IMG/VR virus record: IMGVR_UViG_3300002092_001237
Coordinates: 32,001-96,000 of that record
DNA: 64,000 nucleotides
Reading direction: 5' to 3' (one strand)
Origin: a virus
The position numbers and the translations under genes are program-made. Shown piece by piece: positions 10,233-20,514 of this stretch. The notes below the pieces were generated by a model, which did no database searches, was not told the origin of the DNA, and worked only from the letters and a program-made list of their open reading frames with translations. Numbering within the stretch: the first letter of the stretch is position 1; the number at the start of each line of letters is the position of its first letter.

Positions 10233-12450
10233 TCTTAGCTTCCCTATAGTTAAGTATAACATCGTTGTTAAATGCGTCAACCTCTACCTGTCCACCCGTC
10301 CTTAGTAGACCAAACAGCAATTCGCGACTCATTGGTTTCTTGATCTCAGTGTCAATAATCCTCGACAGTGGCCTTGCTCCCATCATAGGATCGAAGCCCC
10401 TGTCTATTAATAGATCGCGACCTTCCTCAGTAACTGTTACTATTACATTCTTGTCAATAACTAGTAAATTAAGTTCTGCGACGAATTTATCTACGATCAA
10501 TTCCATACTCTTTTTACCAAGTTTATCAAACTTAATAATTCCGTCGAGCCTATTACGGAACTCTGGAGCAAAGAAATTCTTGAGTGCTTCTTCGCCGTCG
10601 TTATATCGATCCTCGGTACTAAATCCAATAGTAGCACGTTCGCTATCCTTGGCACCTAGGTTACTGGTCATAATCAATACTACGTTACGACAATCGGCTA
10701 CTTTACCATTTGATCCAGTAACTTGGCCATTATCCATTAACTGTAGCAATACGTTGCTGACATCCGGGTGTGCCTTTTCAATTTCGTCAAGCAATAGCAC
10801 ACAGTTCGGAAACTCTTGGATCTTTGTAATAAGCTGACCAGCATTATCTTCAAAGCCGACATATCCAGGAGGTGCTCCAATCAATTTAGCGACTGCGTGT
10901 TTTTCTTGATACTCGCTCATGTCAAAACGTACTAGGTTAACTGCTAGATTCTCTGCTAACTGTTTAGCAGTCTCAGTCTTACCACAGCCAGTAGGCCCAA
11001 CGAATAAGAAACTACCGATCGGCTTAGTAGGTGATTTTAATCCTGCACGAGCGATAAAGATCTTATCTAAGATATCGTCGATGGCCTTTTCTTGACCAAA
11101 CACTTTAGATTTCATATTATTTTCTAAGTTAGCTAATCCAGCACTTTCAGTTTCTGCGACAGCTTCCACTGGAAGTTTAATCATTTTACCTAGTTCAAAT
11201 TCGATATTGCTTTTACGAACGATACGTTCTGCCTCGGCATCTAATTTAAAGCGTGAGCAAGCTAGGTCGATAAGATCAATCGCTTTATCTGGTAATTTTT
11301 TATCAGTCTGATAACGTACACTCAATTTAACGCTAGCTTCGATCGCTTCTTCTGTGATTTCTGCTTCGTGGAACTTTTCATAATATTTCTTAATTCCACG
11401 CAGGATATCCATAGTGACCTCAATACTCGGTTCATCGACAGTGACACGCTGGAATCGACGCATCAGTGCGCGATCCTTTTCAAAGTGCTTACGATATTCC
11501 TCCCAGGTAGTTGATGCGATAACTTTAATGCTGCCTTTGCTCAGTGCAGGCTTTAGCATATTAGCCATATCGTTAGGATTGTTATTGCTCGATCCTGCAC
11601 CATTCATCATATGTGCTTCGTCGATAAAGATAATAGCCTTGCCTTTTTTCTCAATAGCTTTGATAACCGCTTTAAGACGTTCTTCAAATTCACCACGATA
11701 CTTAGAACCTGCTAACAATGCACCAATATCGAGATTATAAAGTGTATGATCCTTTAAGAATTCCGGTACATTACCATGTACTATATTGAACGCAAGTCCT
11801 TCTGCAATAGCAGTCTTACCAACTCCGGGATCGCCTACCATTATCACGTTAGCTTTATTACGACGTCCGAGTGCTAATACGATGCTTTCTATCTCAGTTT
11901 CACGACCAATAACTGGATCGATCTTTTCTTTTTCTACTGCTTGATTTAGATTAGTAGTAAATTGCGCTAATAGTTTATCAAATTGGCTATTACCGGAAAA
12001 TGTTTCTTCGTCTATCTGTATAGTTTCATCGTTAATATATTCGGATAGTTTTTCTTTAGTAAATCCTGCTTTATTGAGGTAATAGACTGCATAACTTTTC
12101 TTTTCACTCATTATGCTCACTAGCAAATCCATAATTTCAATCTTATTTTTTCCTTTAAATAAGACCTGTGTAAATGCTCTATTCAGTGAACGTTCTACTG
12201 ATGTGGTTTTTTTAGCCTTTACCCTACGAGTTGATTTAATATCGTTGAGTTTATGCATTATATAATGTTCTACATTAGTTCTAACGAAATCAGTTTCTCC
12301 AGAAAAGTCTTCGATAAACAGTAGGAACGGTTCGAAAGTAAAAAGTGCTAGAACTACGTGCTCTAATGTCAAGTATTCGTGGTTATGTGTTCCTGCGATG
12401 TCTAATGCTTTATCAAAGACTAGCTGTAGGTCTTCTGATGGTTCTAACAT
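10183..12450 (-). CDS. clpA: ATP-dependent Clp protease ATPase subunit ClpA
   Basis: Clp N-domain (HEYLTLEH), two AAA+ modules (GDPGVGKT, GPTGCGKT), no ClpB middle domain, IGF loop (TIGFS). Confidence 0.93.
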   Translation of the reverse strand: MLEPSEDLQLVFDKALDIAGTHNHEYLTLEHVVLALFTFEPFLLFIEDFSGETDFVRTNVEHYIMHKLNDIKSTRRVKAKKTTSVERSLNRAFTQVLFKGKNKIEIMDLLVSIMSEKKSYAVYYLNKAGFTKEKLSEYINDETIQIDEETFSGNSQFDKLLAQFTTNLNQAVEKEKIDPVIGRETEIESIVLALGRRNKANVIMVGDPGVGKTAIAEGLAFNIVHGNVPEFLKDHTLYNLDIGALLAGSKYRGEFEERLKAVIKAIEKKGKAIIFIDEAHMMNGAGSSNNNPNDMANMLKPALSKGSIKVIASTTWEEYRKHFEKDRALMRRFQRVTVDEPSIEVTMDILRGIKKYYEKFHEAEITEEAIEASVKLSVRYQTDKKLPDKAIDLIDLACSRFKLDAEAERIVRKSNIEFELGKMIKLPVEAVAETESAGLANLENNMKSKVFGQEKAIDDILDKIFIARAGLKSPTKPIGSFLFVGPTGCGKTETAKQLAENLAVNLVRFDMSEYQEKHAVAKLIGAPPGYVGFEDNAGQLITKIQEFPNCVLLLDEIEKAHPDVSNVLLQLMDNGQVTGSNGKVADCRNVVLIMTSNLGAKDSERATIGFSTEDRYNDGEEALKNFFAPEFRNRLDGIIKFDKLGKKSMELIVDKFVAELNLLVIDKNVIVTVTEEGRDLLIDRGFDPMMGARPLSRIIDTEIKKPMSRELLFGLLRTGGQVEVDAFNNDVILNYREAKNDNGENIKPVLEEVSV

Positions 12451-12503
12451 TATATAAAATTCTCCATTGTTATATGTGTATTATAGCGTATTTTGTGTAA
12501 AAG

Positions 12504-13394
12504 TCAAGAGCTACGACGGACTCTTTCGGCTAACCTATCAACTAAAATCTTAGTCTCAGTATCTGTTATAATTGGTGTTTTTATCTTAACGATGACGTGT
12601 AGATCTCCTCGCACATTAGAGAATCTAACATTCTTAAATCCCATGCCTTTGCAACTAAATCTCTGTCCATGTTGAGCTCCGGCTCTTATAGTAACATCTA
12701 CCATGTTACCGTCGATATTTGAGATAGATTTAGTACAGCCGAGCATCGCATCGAATATATCTATTTCAGTTTCGGTTATTAGATTCAGTTCTTCTCGGAA
12801 GAAATTATTATCCCTATCTACTTCTATAGATATCGTTAGATCGCCTCTCGGTATACCTCTGATGCTATTATCACCATACCCGTCTAGTTTAATAATATGT
12901 CCATTGTCAATACCTGGTGGTATATTAAAGTCTACTTTCTCTTCTCCACTGCCAGGCAAGCGATAGTTAATACTCATACTTTTACCTATATAAGCATCAC
13001 GTAGGCTAATACGACAACGTATATTTAAATCTTTGTTTTTTTGCGGTTGGTGCTGTGCGTGATTGAATTGGAATCCAAAATTCTTCATCATATCTTCAAA
13101 CATATCATTCTGATGGAATTGGGCAAAACCGTCTCCAAATGAGAATGTATGTGTTTGGTGGAATGGTCCACCGCCCGTATGGCTACGGAACTGATGTTGT
13201 TGATTTCCTTGGAAATCGTACCTAGCTTTAGTCTCAGGGTCGCTTAATATAGTATAGGCTTCGTTTAATTGTTTAAATTTATTTTCATCGCCGCCTCGAT
13301 CGGGGTGGTGTTCGCGAGCCAATTTACGGAATGCTTGTTTTATATCTTCGGGGGTTGCGTTTCTATCGACGCCTAGTGTTGAATAATGATCCAT
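12504..13394 (-). CDS. dnaJ: DnaJ/CbpA-type J-domain co-chaperone (no zinc finger)
   Basis: J-domain with HPD, G/F-rich linker and DnaJ C-terminal domain. Confidence 0.9.
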   Translation of the reverse strand: MDHYSTLGVDRNATPEDIKQAFRKLAREHHPDRGGDENKFKQLNEAYTILSDPETKARYDFQGNQQHQFRSHTGGGPFHQTHTFSFGDGFAQFHQNDMFEDMMKNFGFQFNHAQHQPQKNKDLNIRCRISLRDAYIGKSMSINYRLPGSGEEKVDFNIPPGIDNGHIIKLDGYGDNSIRGIPRGDLTISIEVDRDNNFFREELNLITETEIDIFDAMLGCTKSISNIDGNMVDVTIRAGAQHGQRFSCKGMGFKNVRFSNVRGDLHVIVKIKTPIITDTETKILVDRLAERVRRSS

Positions 13395-13426
13395 GCTCTT
13401 ACTTATTTTCCCATTATTAATGGAGA

Positions 13427-14158
13427 TTATTTTGTGAGCTTGAGTACCAAGACGCTGTTGTCATTCTCAAACACGAAATGATCTCCGTATTTGGTTATAT
13501 TATAGTCACCAAAGTATTTTGTCAACCACATAGTTTCGCTAGTACTAGTCTCATCCATTCGTATAGTACCTGCTAGATTATTTAATATTTCTGTTCGAGT
13601 ACCATAGTTAATCAGTTCCATTTTTAACGAACTATTATAAGAACGCTTTACTGTTAATACATGATTTTCCATCATTATATATTCTAGTGGACTTTTGCGG
13701 AAGAAGAAGCGAATGTCGTTTTCAAATACCCCATCCATCTTCTGTCTATAAGTAGCAGCAGTGATAGGTACTATATTTCTCAATTCGGGCAAAGGGTGGC
13801 TCTTGAGATCTTTGTAATAGCGGAAACGCCAATCACCTATCTCGCATAGCTGTTCTAGCCCGTAGATCAAATCATCAATCTGGCTAACGACCCTACGATC
13901 TCGTTCCATTTCTACGAATACTTTGAAAACGTTTTTTTCTACTTCGCCGTTGCTAACATCTGCGTCCAATACGAAGTCATAACCTTTCTCTATAAAGTTG
14001 ACTAGATCCTGTGCCGGATCGTGGCCTGTTACTTCGAAGCTGAGTACTATAATGTCATCGTCGCTGCCCATCTTGCTGCGATACGTGTCGATTTCAAATA
14101 TATGTTTTACGAGATCTTTTAGATCTTTAGGTTTAAGGCCTTCATTGAGCTGGTGCAT
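13427..14158 (-). CDS. Conserved hypothetical phage protein
   Basis: 243-aa ORF overlapping the upstream ORF end. Confidence 0.55.
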   Translation of the reverse strand: MHQLNEGLKPKDLKDLVKHIFEIDTYRSKMGSDDDIIVLSFEVTGHDPAQDLVNFIEKGYDFVLDADVSNGEVEKNVFKVFVEMERDRRVVSQIDDLIYGLEQLCEIGDWRFRYYKDLKSHPLPELRNIVPITAATYRQKMDGVFENDIRFFFRKSPLEYIMMENHVLTVKRSYNSSLKMELINYGTRTEILNNLAGTIRMDETSTSETMWLTKYFGDYNITKYGDHFVFENDNSVLVLKLTK

Positions 14159-14702
14159 TAGCTACTGGTTCCTGTGCTGTTGTTTCGCCCACTGCTGCGT
14201 CTGCTGCTTGTGCTGTTGGTTTGTTAGAATCTGTATCATTATATTGATAGATTGATTCTAAATCAACTTTAGTATCTTCTGAATCTCTGACAGTTCCTTT
14301 AAACACATCAAATATTAATTGTTTAGGCATTTTAATGTGTACTATCCAGATGGGATGATCGTCTATTTTTCCCTTTTTGCTGTTAGGCCGGAAATCGCTC
14401 GGTTCTTCTACTCTACGTGGTTTCTTTAACACATCCATCGAATAACCTATTTTACAACCGTAATCCAACAATTTCTTACCACCCATTGGGTCGGGCATTT
14501 TCTCTTTCGGCCACATAAAACTACACTCTACAAAGTGTCTGCTAACATTAGGTCCGGCAACTAGCTCGCCATCTTCCCAATTCTTGAACACATAGATGTC
14601 TAGTTCATCTATAACACGTTCAAAGTCTTTTAGCATACGAAGGCTATTGTTGCTATCATATATGTTAGAAATGTTTTTAATAATATCAACTTGATCGGTC
14701 AT
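14142..14702 (-). CDS. Conserved hypothetical phage protein
   Basis: 186-aa ORF preceded by GATAAATA at 14725-14732. Confidence 0.55.
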   Translation of the reverse strand: MTDQVDIIKNISNIYDSNNSLRMLKDFERVIDELDIYVFKNWEDGELVAGPNVSRHFVECSFMWPKEKMPDPMGGKKLLDYGCKIGYSMDVLKKPRRVEEPSDFRPNSKKGKIDDHPIWIVHIKMPKQLIFDVFKGTVRDSEDTKVDLESIYQYNDTDSNKPTAQAADAAVGETTAQEPVANAPAQ

Positions 14703-14844
14703 TCGGTATCTCTCTTATGCTTTTTATTTATCGTTCAAAATCACTATGTTATAGGTTATGATCTGTCATTATACCTTAAATACTTTGTGGACACTAGTCC
14801 TCGTTTTGGACAGTGTCCTCCGACAATGAGAAGGAGAACTGCAT

Positions 14845-15576
14845 TTGTCTAGACAACGAGCTAATAGAAAGCACTCACGTTTCAACGATAATAACAACAT
14901 AATAAATTTCCAAGAATATATTCCAGAAAAAAAGAAACAAGTTAGGATAGTTCCCCGCAATAAATCGCAGGACAACTATATGAAAAAATTACAAGACCCT
15001 GATAAAACTATGATATTTGCCATAGGACCAGCAGGGACAGGTAAGACGCTATTAGCCACACAGACAGCAGTTAAACTACTAAAAGAAAAACAGATCGAAA
15101 AGATCATCGTGACACGCCCAGCAGTTTCAGTTGATGAACAACATGGGTTTTTACCAGGTACACTAGAAAAGAAAATGGAACCCTGGACTCGTCCAATATT
15201 CGACGTTTTTGCAGAATATTATTATGCCAAAGAAATCCAAAACATGCTCCTCGAAGGGGTTATTGAAGTAAGTCCCTTGGCATATATGCGCGGAAGGACT
15301 TTTAAGAATTCTTTCGTATTAGCGGACGAAATGCAGAACGCAACACCTAACCAAATGAAGATGCTATTAACTCGCATAGGTGAGAACAGCAGAATGGTTA
15401 TAACAGGTGATCTAAAACAAGCTGACAGACTAGAGGATAACGGGCTGATCGAATTTATCCGCCTCCTCGAAGAATCCGATTTTAGCCACAGGTATGTTGA
15501 CATAGTCAACTTTGGCCAGAAGGATATCGAGCGTCATCCTGCTGTTAAGGAAATTTTAGAAATATACGGCGATTAA
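14845..15576 (+). CDS. phoH: PhoH-family ATPase
   Basis: GPAGTGKT, GFLPG, YMRGRTF, DEMQN, GDxxQ.D motifs; GAAGGAG before the TTG start. Confidence 0.93.
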   Translation: MSRQRANRKHSRFNDNNNIINFQEYIPEKKKQVRIVPRNKSQDNYMKKLQDPDKTMIFAIGPAGTGKTLLATQTAVKLLKEKQIEKIIVTRPAVSVDEQHGFLPGTLEKKMEPWTRPIFDVFAEYYYAKEIQNMLLEGVIEVSPLAYMRGRTFKNSFVLADEMQNATPNQMKMLLTRIGENSRMVITGDLKQADRLEDNGLIEFIRLLEESDFSHRYVDIVNFGQKDIERHPAVKEILEIYGD

Positions 15577-16496
15577 GCTGTAAGGGCAGCTATTCGGATC
15601 AGAGTAGCTGCGAGATTTATCTCAGGGTCGGCCACCAATGTGTGGTCGACTAATCCCTGCTTAATTGCTAATATGGCTTTCTCTTGTATCTTATCATCAG
15701 GACTGATAAGTTCAAGATTGTCATACAACCAGCGATATACGCTCTCGATTTCTTCGGGCTGTACACTCTTGCATACTAGCTTACGAGCATCGCTGATCTT
15801 ACCTGCTTTAAATAACGATACCATATCTAAACGCCAGTCAGCTTCTGTCTTATCGTTTTTATCTGGAGCTACAAGTGTTCCAGTTCCGCTGTTCATCTGT
15901 ACTAGATTAATACACTTACGCAGATCTGGATATGTTGCTTTAACATAAGTGTCTAGCGTATCGAGATCTAAGTCGATACTTTCTGTCACTAGGATAGTCG
16001 CAACACGAGCAGTAAATTCATCCTTATCAATCGTCTCTATATGAAACCCTTGACAACGACTATGAAGTGCTGGGATAATCTTATTGGGATAATTACAGGT
16101 TAGGATAAAGCGTACAGTATGATGATATTCTTCCATAACACCACGTAATGCTGCTTGTGCGTTGTGTGAAAGATAATCAGCCTCATCGAGTAGGATAATT
16201 TTAAAAGCACCAAACGGTATCATCTGTGAGAATTTGACAACTTTATCTCTCACGTCATCGACTGAGTTTGTACGTGAAGCGTTGATCTCGAGGATGTCGA
16301 AGTGATTAATATCAAGTTCGTGGAACAGCATCTTAGCTAGGGTAGTTTTACCTATACCGGCAGATCCACTGAATAATAGATGAGGAATTGACCCGTTCTT
16401 AATCCAAGATTGTACCTGCTGTTTTTGATTATCGTCACGGAATACATATTCACCGATTGTCTTGGGCCTATAAGCCTCTACCCATAGTTCTTTCAA
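15573..16496 (-). CDS. Clamp loader subunit (RFC small / T4 gp44-like)
   Basis: LWVEAYRP, GSAGIGKT, LEINAS, DEAD and SRC motifs. Confidence 0.9.
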   Translation of the reverse strand: MKELWVEAYRPKTIGEYVFRDDNQKQQVQSWIKNGSIPHLLFSGSAGIGKTTLAKMLFHELDINHFDILEINASRTNSVDDVRDKVVKFSQMIPFGAFKIILLDEADYLSHNAQAALRGVMEEYHHTVRFILTCNYPNKIIPALHSRCQGFHIETIDKDEFTARVATILVTESIDLDLDTLDTYVKATYPDLRKCINLVQMNSGTGTLVAPDKNDKTEADWRLDMVSLFKAGKISDARKLVCKSVQPEEIESVYRWLYDNLELISPDDKIQEKAILAIKQGLVDHTLVADPEINLAATLIRIAALTA

Positions 16497-16699
16497 GACT
16501 TATTTCCTTTGACTAATCTTGCCACGTCTGCTGGACTCTGTTCAACTTCCCAACTAGTACCTTGCGAACCACCATAAACTATCGTCTTTAGGCTACCACC
16601 TGGTTGTGCTGGTGCTTCAAACACTGCTACGATCCAGTCTGGATTGATGTATATTGGATTGCCTAAATGTGCTTCTGCTGCGTTTGTTAATTTAATCAT
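16493..16699 (-). CDS. Small hypothetical protein (FlbD-like pattern)
   Basis: MIKLT...IYINPDWI...VEQSP pattern; stop/start overlaps with neighbours. Confidence 0.5.
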   Translation of the reverse strand: MIKLTNAAEAHLGNPIYINPDWIVAVFEAPAQPGGSLKTIVYGGSQGTSWEVEQSPADVARLVKGNKS

Positions 16700-17061
16700 C
16701 TCATCATCTCCATGCTGACTATCTTGCTGAACGATTCGACGAAGTTTTGTTCAGTTGGAATTACATATACTTTACTTTCATTGCGGTCGCGTTTGTTATC
16801 ATATCTTCGAAACTCAACGATCTGACCACCAGTAGCACCGTAAATAGTGACATTAAGCCCTTCGGCAGCAAGGTTAAAATTATTCGTTGGACCCACAGGT
16901 GAAACTGGTCCTCGACGACTTTCGAGCACTGTATTATCCCATGCTTCTTTGGCCTTTTTAGAAAACCAACGATCGATAAAATTCATTTTCTTAGGTTGTA
17001 CTTCTTGAACATCTTGAGTTGGATATATAGACATTTTAGATGCTGCCTGTGAAATATTCAT
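16696..17061 (-). CDS. Hypothetical protein
   Basis: 121-aa ORF coupled to neighbours, GGAG RBS. Confidence 0.5.
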   Translation of the reverse strand: MNISQAASKMSIYPTQDVQEVQPKKMNFIDRWFSKKAKEAWDNTVLESRRGPVSPVGPTNNFNLAAEGLNVTIYGATGGQIVEFRRYDNKRDRNESKVYVIPTEQNFVESFSKIVSMEMMR

Positions 17062-17216
17062 TTACGGTTCTCCTGCCCGATGGCACTTAGGATTAACATA
17101 ACATAGAGTATAGGCCAAGCCCAACCTGTTAGGTGGTCTGTCACATGCATTACCATAAGACAGATACCTGTTAATCCCATAGTACCTAAACCAGAACTAG
17201 CGTTGCTAAACTTCAC
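17058..17216 (-). CDS. Small membrane protein (52 aa, below ORF-track cutoff)
   Basis: Manual translation MKFSNASSGLGTMGLTGICLMVMHVTDHLTGWAWPILYVMLILSAIGQENRK fills the gap with GTGA/ATGA overlaps. Confidence 0.6.
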   Translation of the reverse strand: MKFSNASSGLGTMGLTGICLMVMHVTDHLTGWAWPILYVMLILSAIGQENRK

Positions 17217-17647
17217 AGGTCACCTTCCTTACGATTCTCGCTATAGAACGCATCAAAATGTCCACCCGGATAACGTGCTTCTAACTTACGCACATTTTCC
17301 GCTATCACTTCGTTTGGATTTAGATGCAATGCTCTGCAGGCATTGGTCCAATACCACATGATATCGCCTAGTTCGCGCTTCATATGGAATAGATTATCAT
17401 CTGTTAGTGGCTTACCTTGGAATAACATCTTCTTAACGATTTCGTTGAACTCGCCAGTTTCGCTTGAAAGCCCAAGCGCACCGGTAAGTAGCAATGGAAC
17501 ATTGATATCGGGTCCATGCATACCCTCACTAAAGTTTGCATCTAGATCGTCTAACCGATTCATAAAACTTGTTAGATCGCTACTTTCTTTGCTTGTTACT
17601 TCAAATACGAAATCACTGTATTTGTTTAGATCAATTTTATCTGACAT
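17213..17647 (-). CDS. MazG-like NTP pyrophosphohydrolase
   Basis: GLSSETGEFNEIVKK...RELGDIMWY...N..KL..RYP motif. Confidence 0.85.
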   Translation of the reverse strand: MSDKIDLNKYSDFVFEVTSKESSDLTSFMNRLDDLDANFSEGMHGPDINVPLLLTGALGLSSETGEFNEIVKKMLFQGKPLTDDNLFHMKRELGDIMWYWTNACRALHLNPNEVIAENVRKLEARYPGGHFDAFYSENRKEGDL

Positions 17648-17655
17648 ATCTATCC

Positions 17656-18018
17656 TTAAAGGTTTAAGTTTACCATCTTCTCTTCGACAACATATGCATC
17701 TGCTGGCTTCTCATCACTTATCATTAATATAGCATCGTTGTCTGCTTTACGCAAGGTTTTTATATTACCTTCATCATCTTCTAGTTCGAATCCACGTGTC
17801 CATCTACCGTGTTCTAGCAATATCCAATCGCCTGCTTGTATATCTTGTTGTTCCGGACCAACCGCATATACCTTACCCCACCGAGGTTTGATACCCATAC
17901 CTTTGCCATCATCACTCATAATGATGATACCACTTGCTGTCTTTTGTTCGCCAAAGTCCATTTCTTCTACGATCACGTGATCACGGATCGGAGTTAGTTT
18001 ACCGATTATAGTTGACAT
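17656..18018 (-). CDS. groES: GroES-like co-chaperonin
   Basis: LTPIRDHVIV...TASGIII...G.V.AVGP pattern. Confidence 0.85.
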   Translation of the reverse strand: MSTIIGKLTPIRDHVIVEEMDFGEQKTASGIIIMSDDGKGMGIKPRWGKVYAVGPEQQDIQAGDWILLEHGRWTRGFELEDDEGNIKTLRKADNDAILMISDEKPADAYVVEEKMVNLNL

Positions 18019-18035
18019 AGTTTACTCCGTTGGTG

Positions 18036-18266
18036 TTATCTTCTACGTCCCATAGTCTCATCTGGGACTGCTGTAGGATTATTAGAATAGTATTCTGAGA
18101 TAATATCTTCACGACGGCGTGTGATCTGTCCACCTGGACCTAACTCATCACCACGTGCATTAACACGTATATTTCCCACAGCTGGAACTAGTTCATGTTT
18201 TGCTGCTAATTTCTCAAGGTCAACGATTTTACCCTGCATCGATTTATATTGTTTTCTGATAGCCAT
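18036..18266 (-). CDS. Conserved hypothetical phage protein
   Basis: VGNIRVNARGDELGPGG motif; GGAG RBS. Confidence 0.55.
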   Translation of the reverse strand: MAIRKQYKSMQGKIVDLEKLAAKHELVPAVGNIRVNARGDELGPGGQITRRREDIISEYYSNNPTAVPDETMGRRR

Positions 18267-18275
18267 TTTAGTCTC

Positions 18276-18815
18276 CTATTTTAAAAATTCACTGATATCT
18301 AAATCATATTTAATAGAATCAATTTTATGTACGCCTAGTAAGTATAAGCAATAACTGGCTACGCTTGACCCTCTACCTACACCCCATAATATAGTATTTT
18401 CCCTAAATTTGTCAACCATAAATTTGAGGAATTTTAATACTTCCATCATGCCGTGTTTTTGGAACAGTTCTAATTCCATTTCTACTCTAGCTGTTTCCTC
18501 TGCCGTAGTACATAACCCTAACAGATACGATGCAATAGGATATTCTTTATATCCCAAAGGCATCAGCCAACTATGTTGGTTCAACGAGTCAAAGGACGTT
18601 ATATCCATTATAGACCTGTCTTCGGGCAGAGGAATCGGCCAATCCCTCAAACCACTGTCTGTGAGATATTGTATATATTTCGCATAGTCTTCGTCATCGA
18701 TGAATACATGTGCCGAATCTAGCTTATCTACATTTCCTCGATAGATCTCACGTATAAGATCTCTGCTAGAAAATGTGATTCTGCCCAGTTCGTCAGTGTA
18801 CATTTTTTCCGCCAT
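18276..18815 (-). CDS. Stand-alone fragment of DNA polymerase III alpha (C-family)
   Basis: ELE.F...WGVGRGSSVASYCLYLLGVHKIDSIKYDL matches the DnaE GxGRGS region; the ORF ends before the catalytic PDID motif. Confidence 0.8.
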   Translation of the reverse strand: MAEKMYTDELGRITFSSRDLIREIYRGNVDKLDSAHVFIDDEDYAKYIQYLTDSGLRDWPIPLPEDRSIMDITSFDSLNQHSWLMPLGYKEYPIASYLLGLCTTAEETARVEMELELFQKHGMMEVLKFLKFMVDKFRENTILWGVGRGSSVASYCLYLLGVHKIDSIKYDLDISEFLK

Positions 18816-19458
18816 CTATGATAGTAAATTTACCTTTGGCACTGTCTACCATTTTTGCTTCTTCTAGTTCGGTTTGGAACATCTCTGACCATTTAAACGT
18901 ACCTGTGTATATCTCATCACGGTTGATTAATACATCATAGGTTGCTGAATCGTCACGCAACCACCACGGTTGGAATTTAATATTTTCGTCTCCCCACCAC
19001 TCTTCGTTAGGGGGCAGTAATTTCGTTAATTCCGGAGAATCCATATCTATAGTATATTCGATATTTTTACCCAATACACTGTTGATAGTTATATGTTCGA
19101 TACTGAGATTTTCTCCAACTATATTAACTAGTTTTAGGAATATCTGGCTACCTATAGTTTGATCGTTAGTTTTTCCCGGAACCATAAAAACATTATTTTC
19201 GATATCACCTAATACGTCGTTATCATGATCTTCTTTCGAAACCATAATCGCATTATTCATTAGTATGCTAAAGAACACTTCGATCTGTTCAAAGGCTATA
19301 TCGCATAATGCTTGATTTTCGACTGTATAAAAGAATCCTATGTTAATATCGAAGTAGTTAATAGCGAACATCTTATCGATGTAGATCATAGAACTAAAAG
19401 ATGTCGACCATCTATGTGAAATCGCGTCAATCGATTTTGATAAGCTCATTGATGTCAT
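18793..19458 (-). CDS. Hypothetical protein
   Basis: 221-aa ORF overlapping neighbours. Confidence 0.5.
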   Translation of the reverse strand: MTSMSLSKSIDAISHRWSTSFSSMIYIDKMFAINYFDINIGFFYTVENQALCDIAFEQIEVFFSILMNNAIMVSKEDHDNDVLGDIENNVFMVPGKTNDQTIGSQIFLKLVNIVGENLSIEHITINSVLGKNIEYTIDMDSPELTKLLPPNEEWWGDENIKFQPWWLRDDSATYDVLINRDEIYTGTFKWSEMFQTELEEAKMVDSAKGKFTIIDGGKNVH

Positions 19459-19663
19459 TTTCTCCTGTTTCAGCAGCCAACTTAGCTTTGGCTAACTGCC
19501 TTTCTTCTCTTTCAAGTTTATAACTATCTAATAATAACACAATTTGACTAGTTACGCTAGGAGAAAATCGCATAGCTTGAAAATATCTTTGGGTTAGTTC
19601 CTGTATCTTTTTTTCTAAATCTTGTTCGCTAAAAGTTGATAAATCGATCTGTAAAGGATGCAT
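19427..19663 (-). CDS. Small coiled-coil hypothetical protein
   Basis: 78-aa ORF, TAATG coupling with the upstream gene. Confidence 0.5.
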   Translation of the reverse strand: MHPLQIDLSTFSEQDLEKKIQELTQRYFQAMRFSPSVTSQIVLLLDSYKLEREERQLAKAKLAAETGENDINELIKID

Positions 19664-20514
19664 TAAACGTATATGCCTTTATAATCCATATACACAGTTG
19701 CTCCACCATCTAATGTCCAAAAATCAATGATCAGTGGGTTTGTACCACTTGCTACTGTTATTTTCGGAGTAATATATAATAAAGATCCCGCTCCACCAGC
19801 TAGATCACTCTTTAATACGCCTGCAACTCCAGTTGCGTCAACACTTTCTGATACAGTAAAGTGTGTGCTATCATTTATAGTCTTAACATAATAGATATTG
19901 TTAGTGATTATATTGCTATCAAAACTAGTACCTGTAAACTGTATTGGTTGGTTAACTGTTAGAGTAGCGGTACTTGTGCAGGTTATTTGATCACTAATTG
20001 AATTAGTCGCAGTGCATTGAATCGGAGTGAGTAATGTTACGGAATTTGTATTCTTTTTCAATACACCACCGTTAACTGGTTGGAAATTTACCATATATTG
20101 GAAATAAGTGCTAACACTATTGGAATTCGTTAGATGAACTCTTATCTTTCCAGCAGTGCCACTAATTGGAAAATTCTTAATATTTAAGACAACGTTGTTT
20201 GCTGTAATCCTAAAGGTTTGATAGTTGCCTAAGCTAAAATCAATATCAGCTGAAGTGCTAACATTTCCAGCAACATTAACCGCTTCTGAACAGTATATTA
20301 GATTTGCTCTAGAAATTTTTACGTTTCCAAAATCATTGTCCGTATCTGTTTTAGCGGTATTCTCCATGAGGTCTTCGAGTTCGCTTTTTGTAGTTTGGAA
20401 ATTCGTTTTGATATAATTGAAATTATCTCTAAATCCCTGGCTGTCGTTATCCTTACCCGCCAACGGATATGTCTCATCTATACTGCTATAATTTATATTA
20501 CTAACACTAGCCAT
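19663..20514 (-). CDS. Virion structural protein
   Basis: YPLAGKDNDSQGFRDNF N-terminus resembling baseplate/tail anchors. Confidence 0.6.
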   Translation of the reverse strand: MASVSNINYSSIDETYPLAGKDNDSQGFRDNFNYIKTNFQTTKSELEDLMENTAKTDTDNDFGNVKISRANLIYCSEAVNVAGNVSTSADIDFSLGNYQTFRITANNVVLNIKNFPISGTAGKIRVHLTNSNSVSTYFQYMVNFQPVNGGVLKKNTNSVTLLTPIQCTATNSISDQITCTSTATLTVNQPIQFTGTSFDSNIITNNIYYVKTINDSTHFTVSESVDATGVAGVLKSDLAGGAGSLLYITPKITVASGTNPLIIDFWTLDGGATVYMDYKGIYV

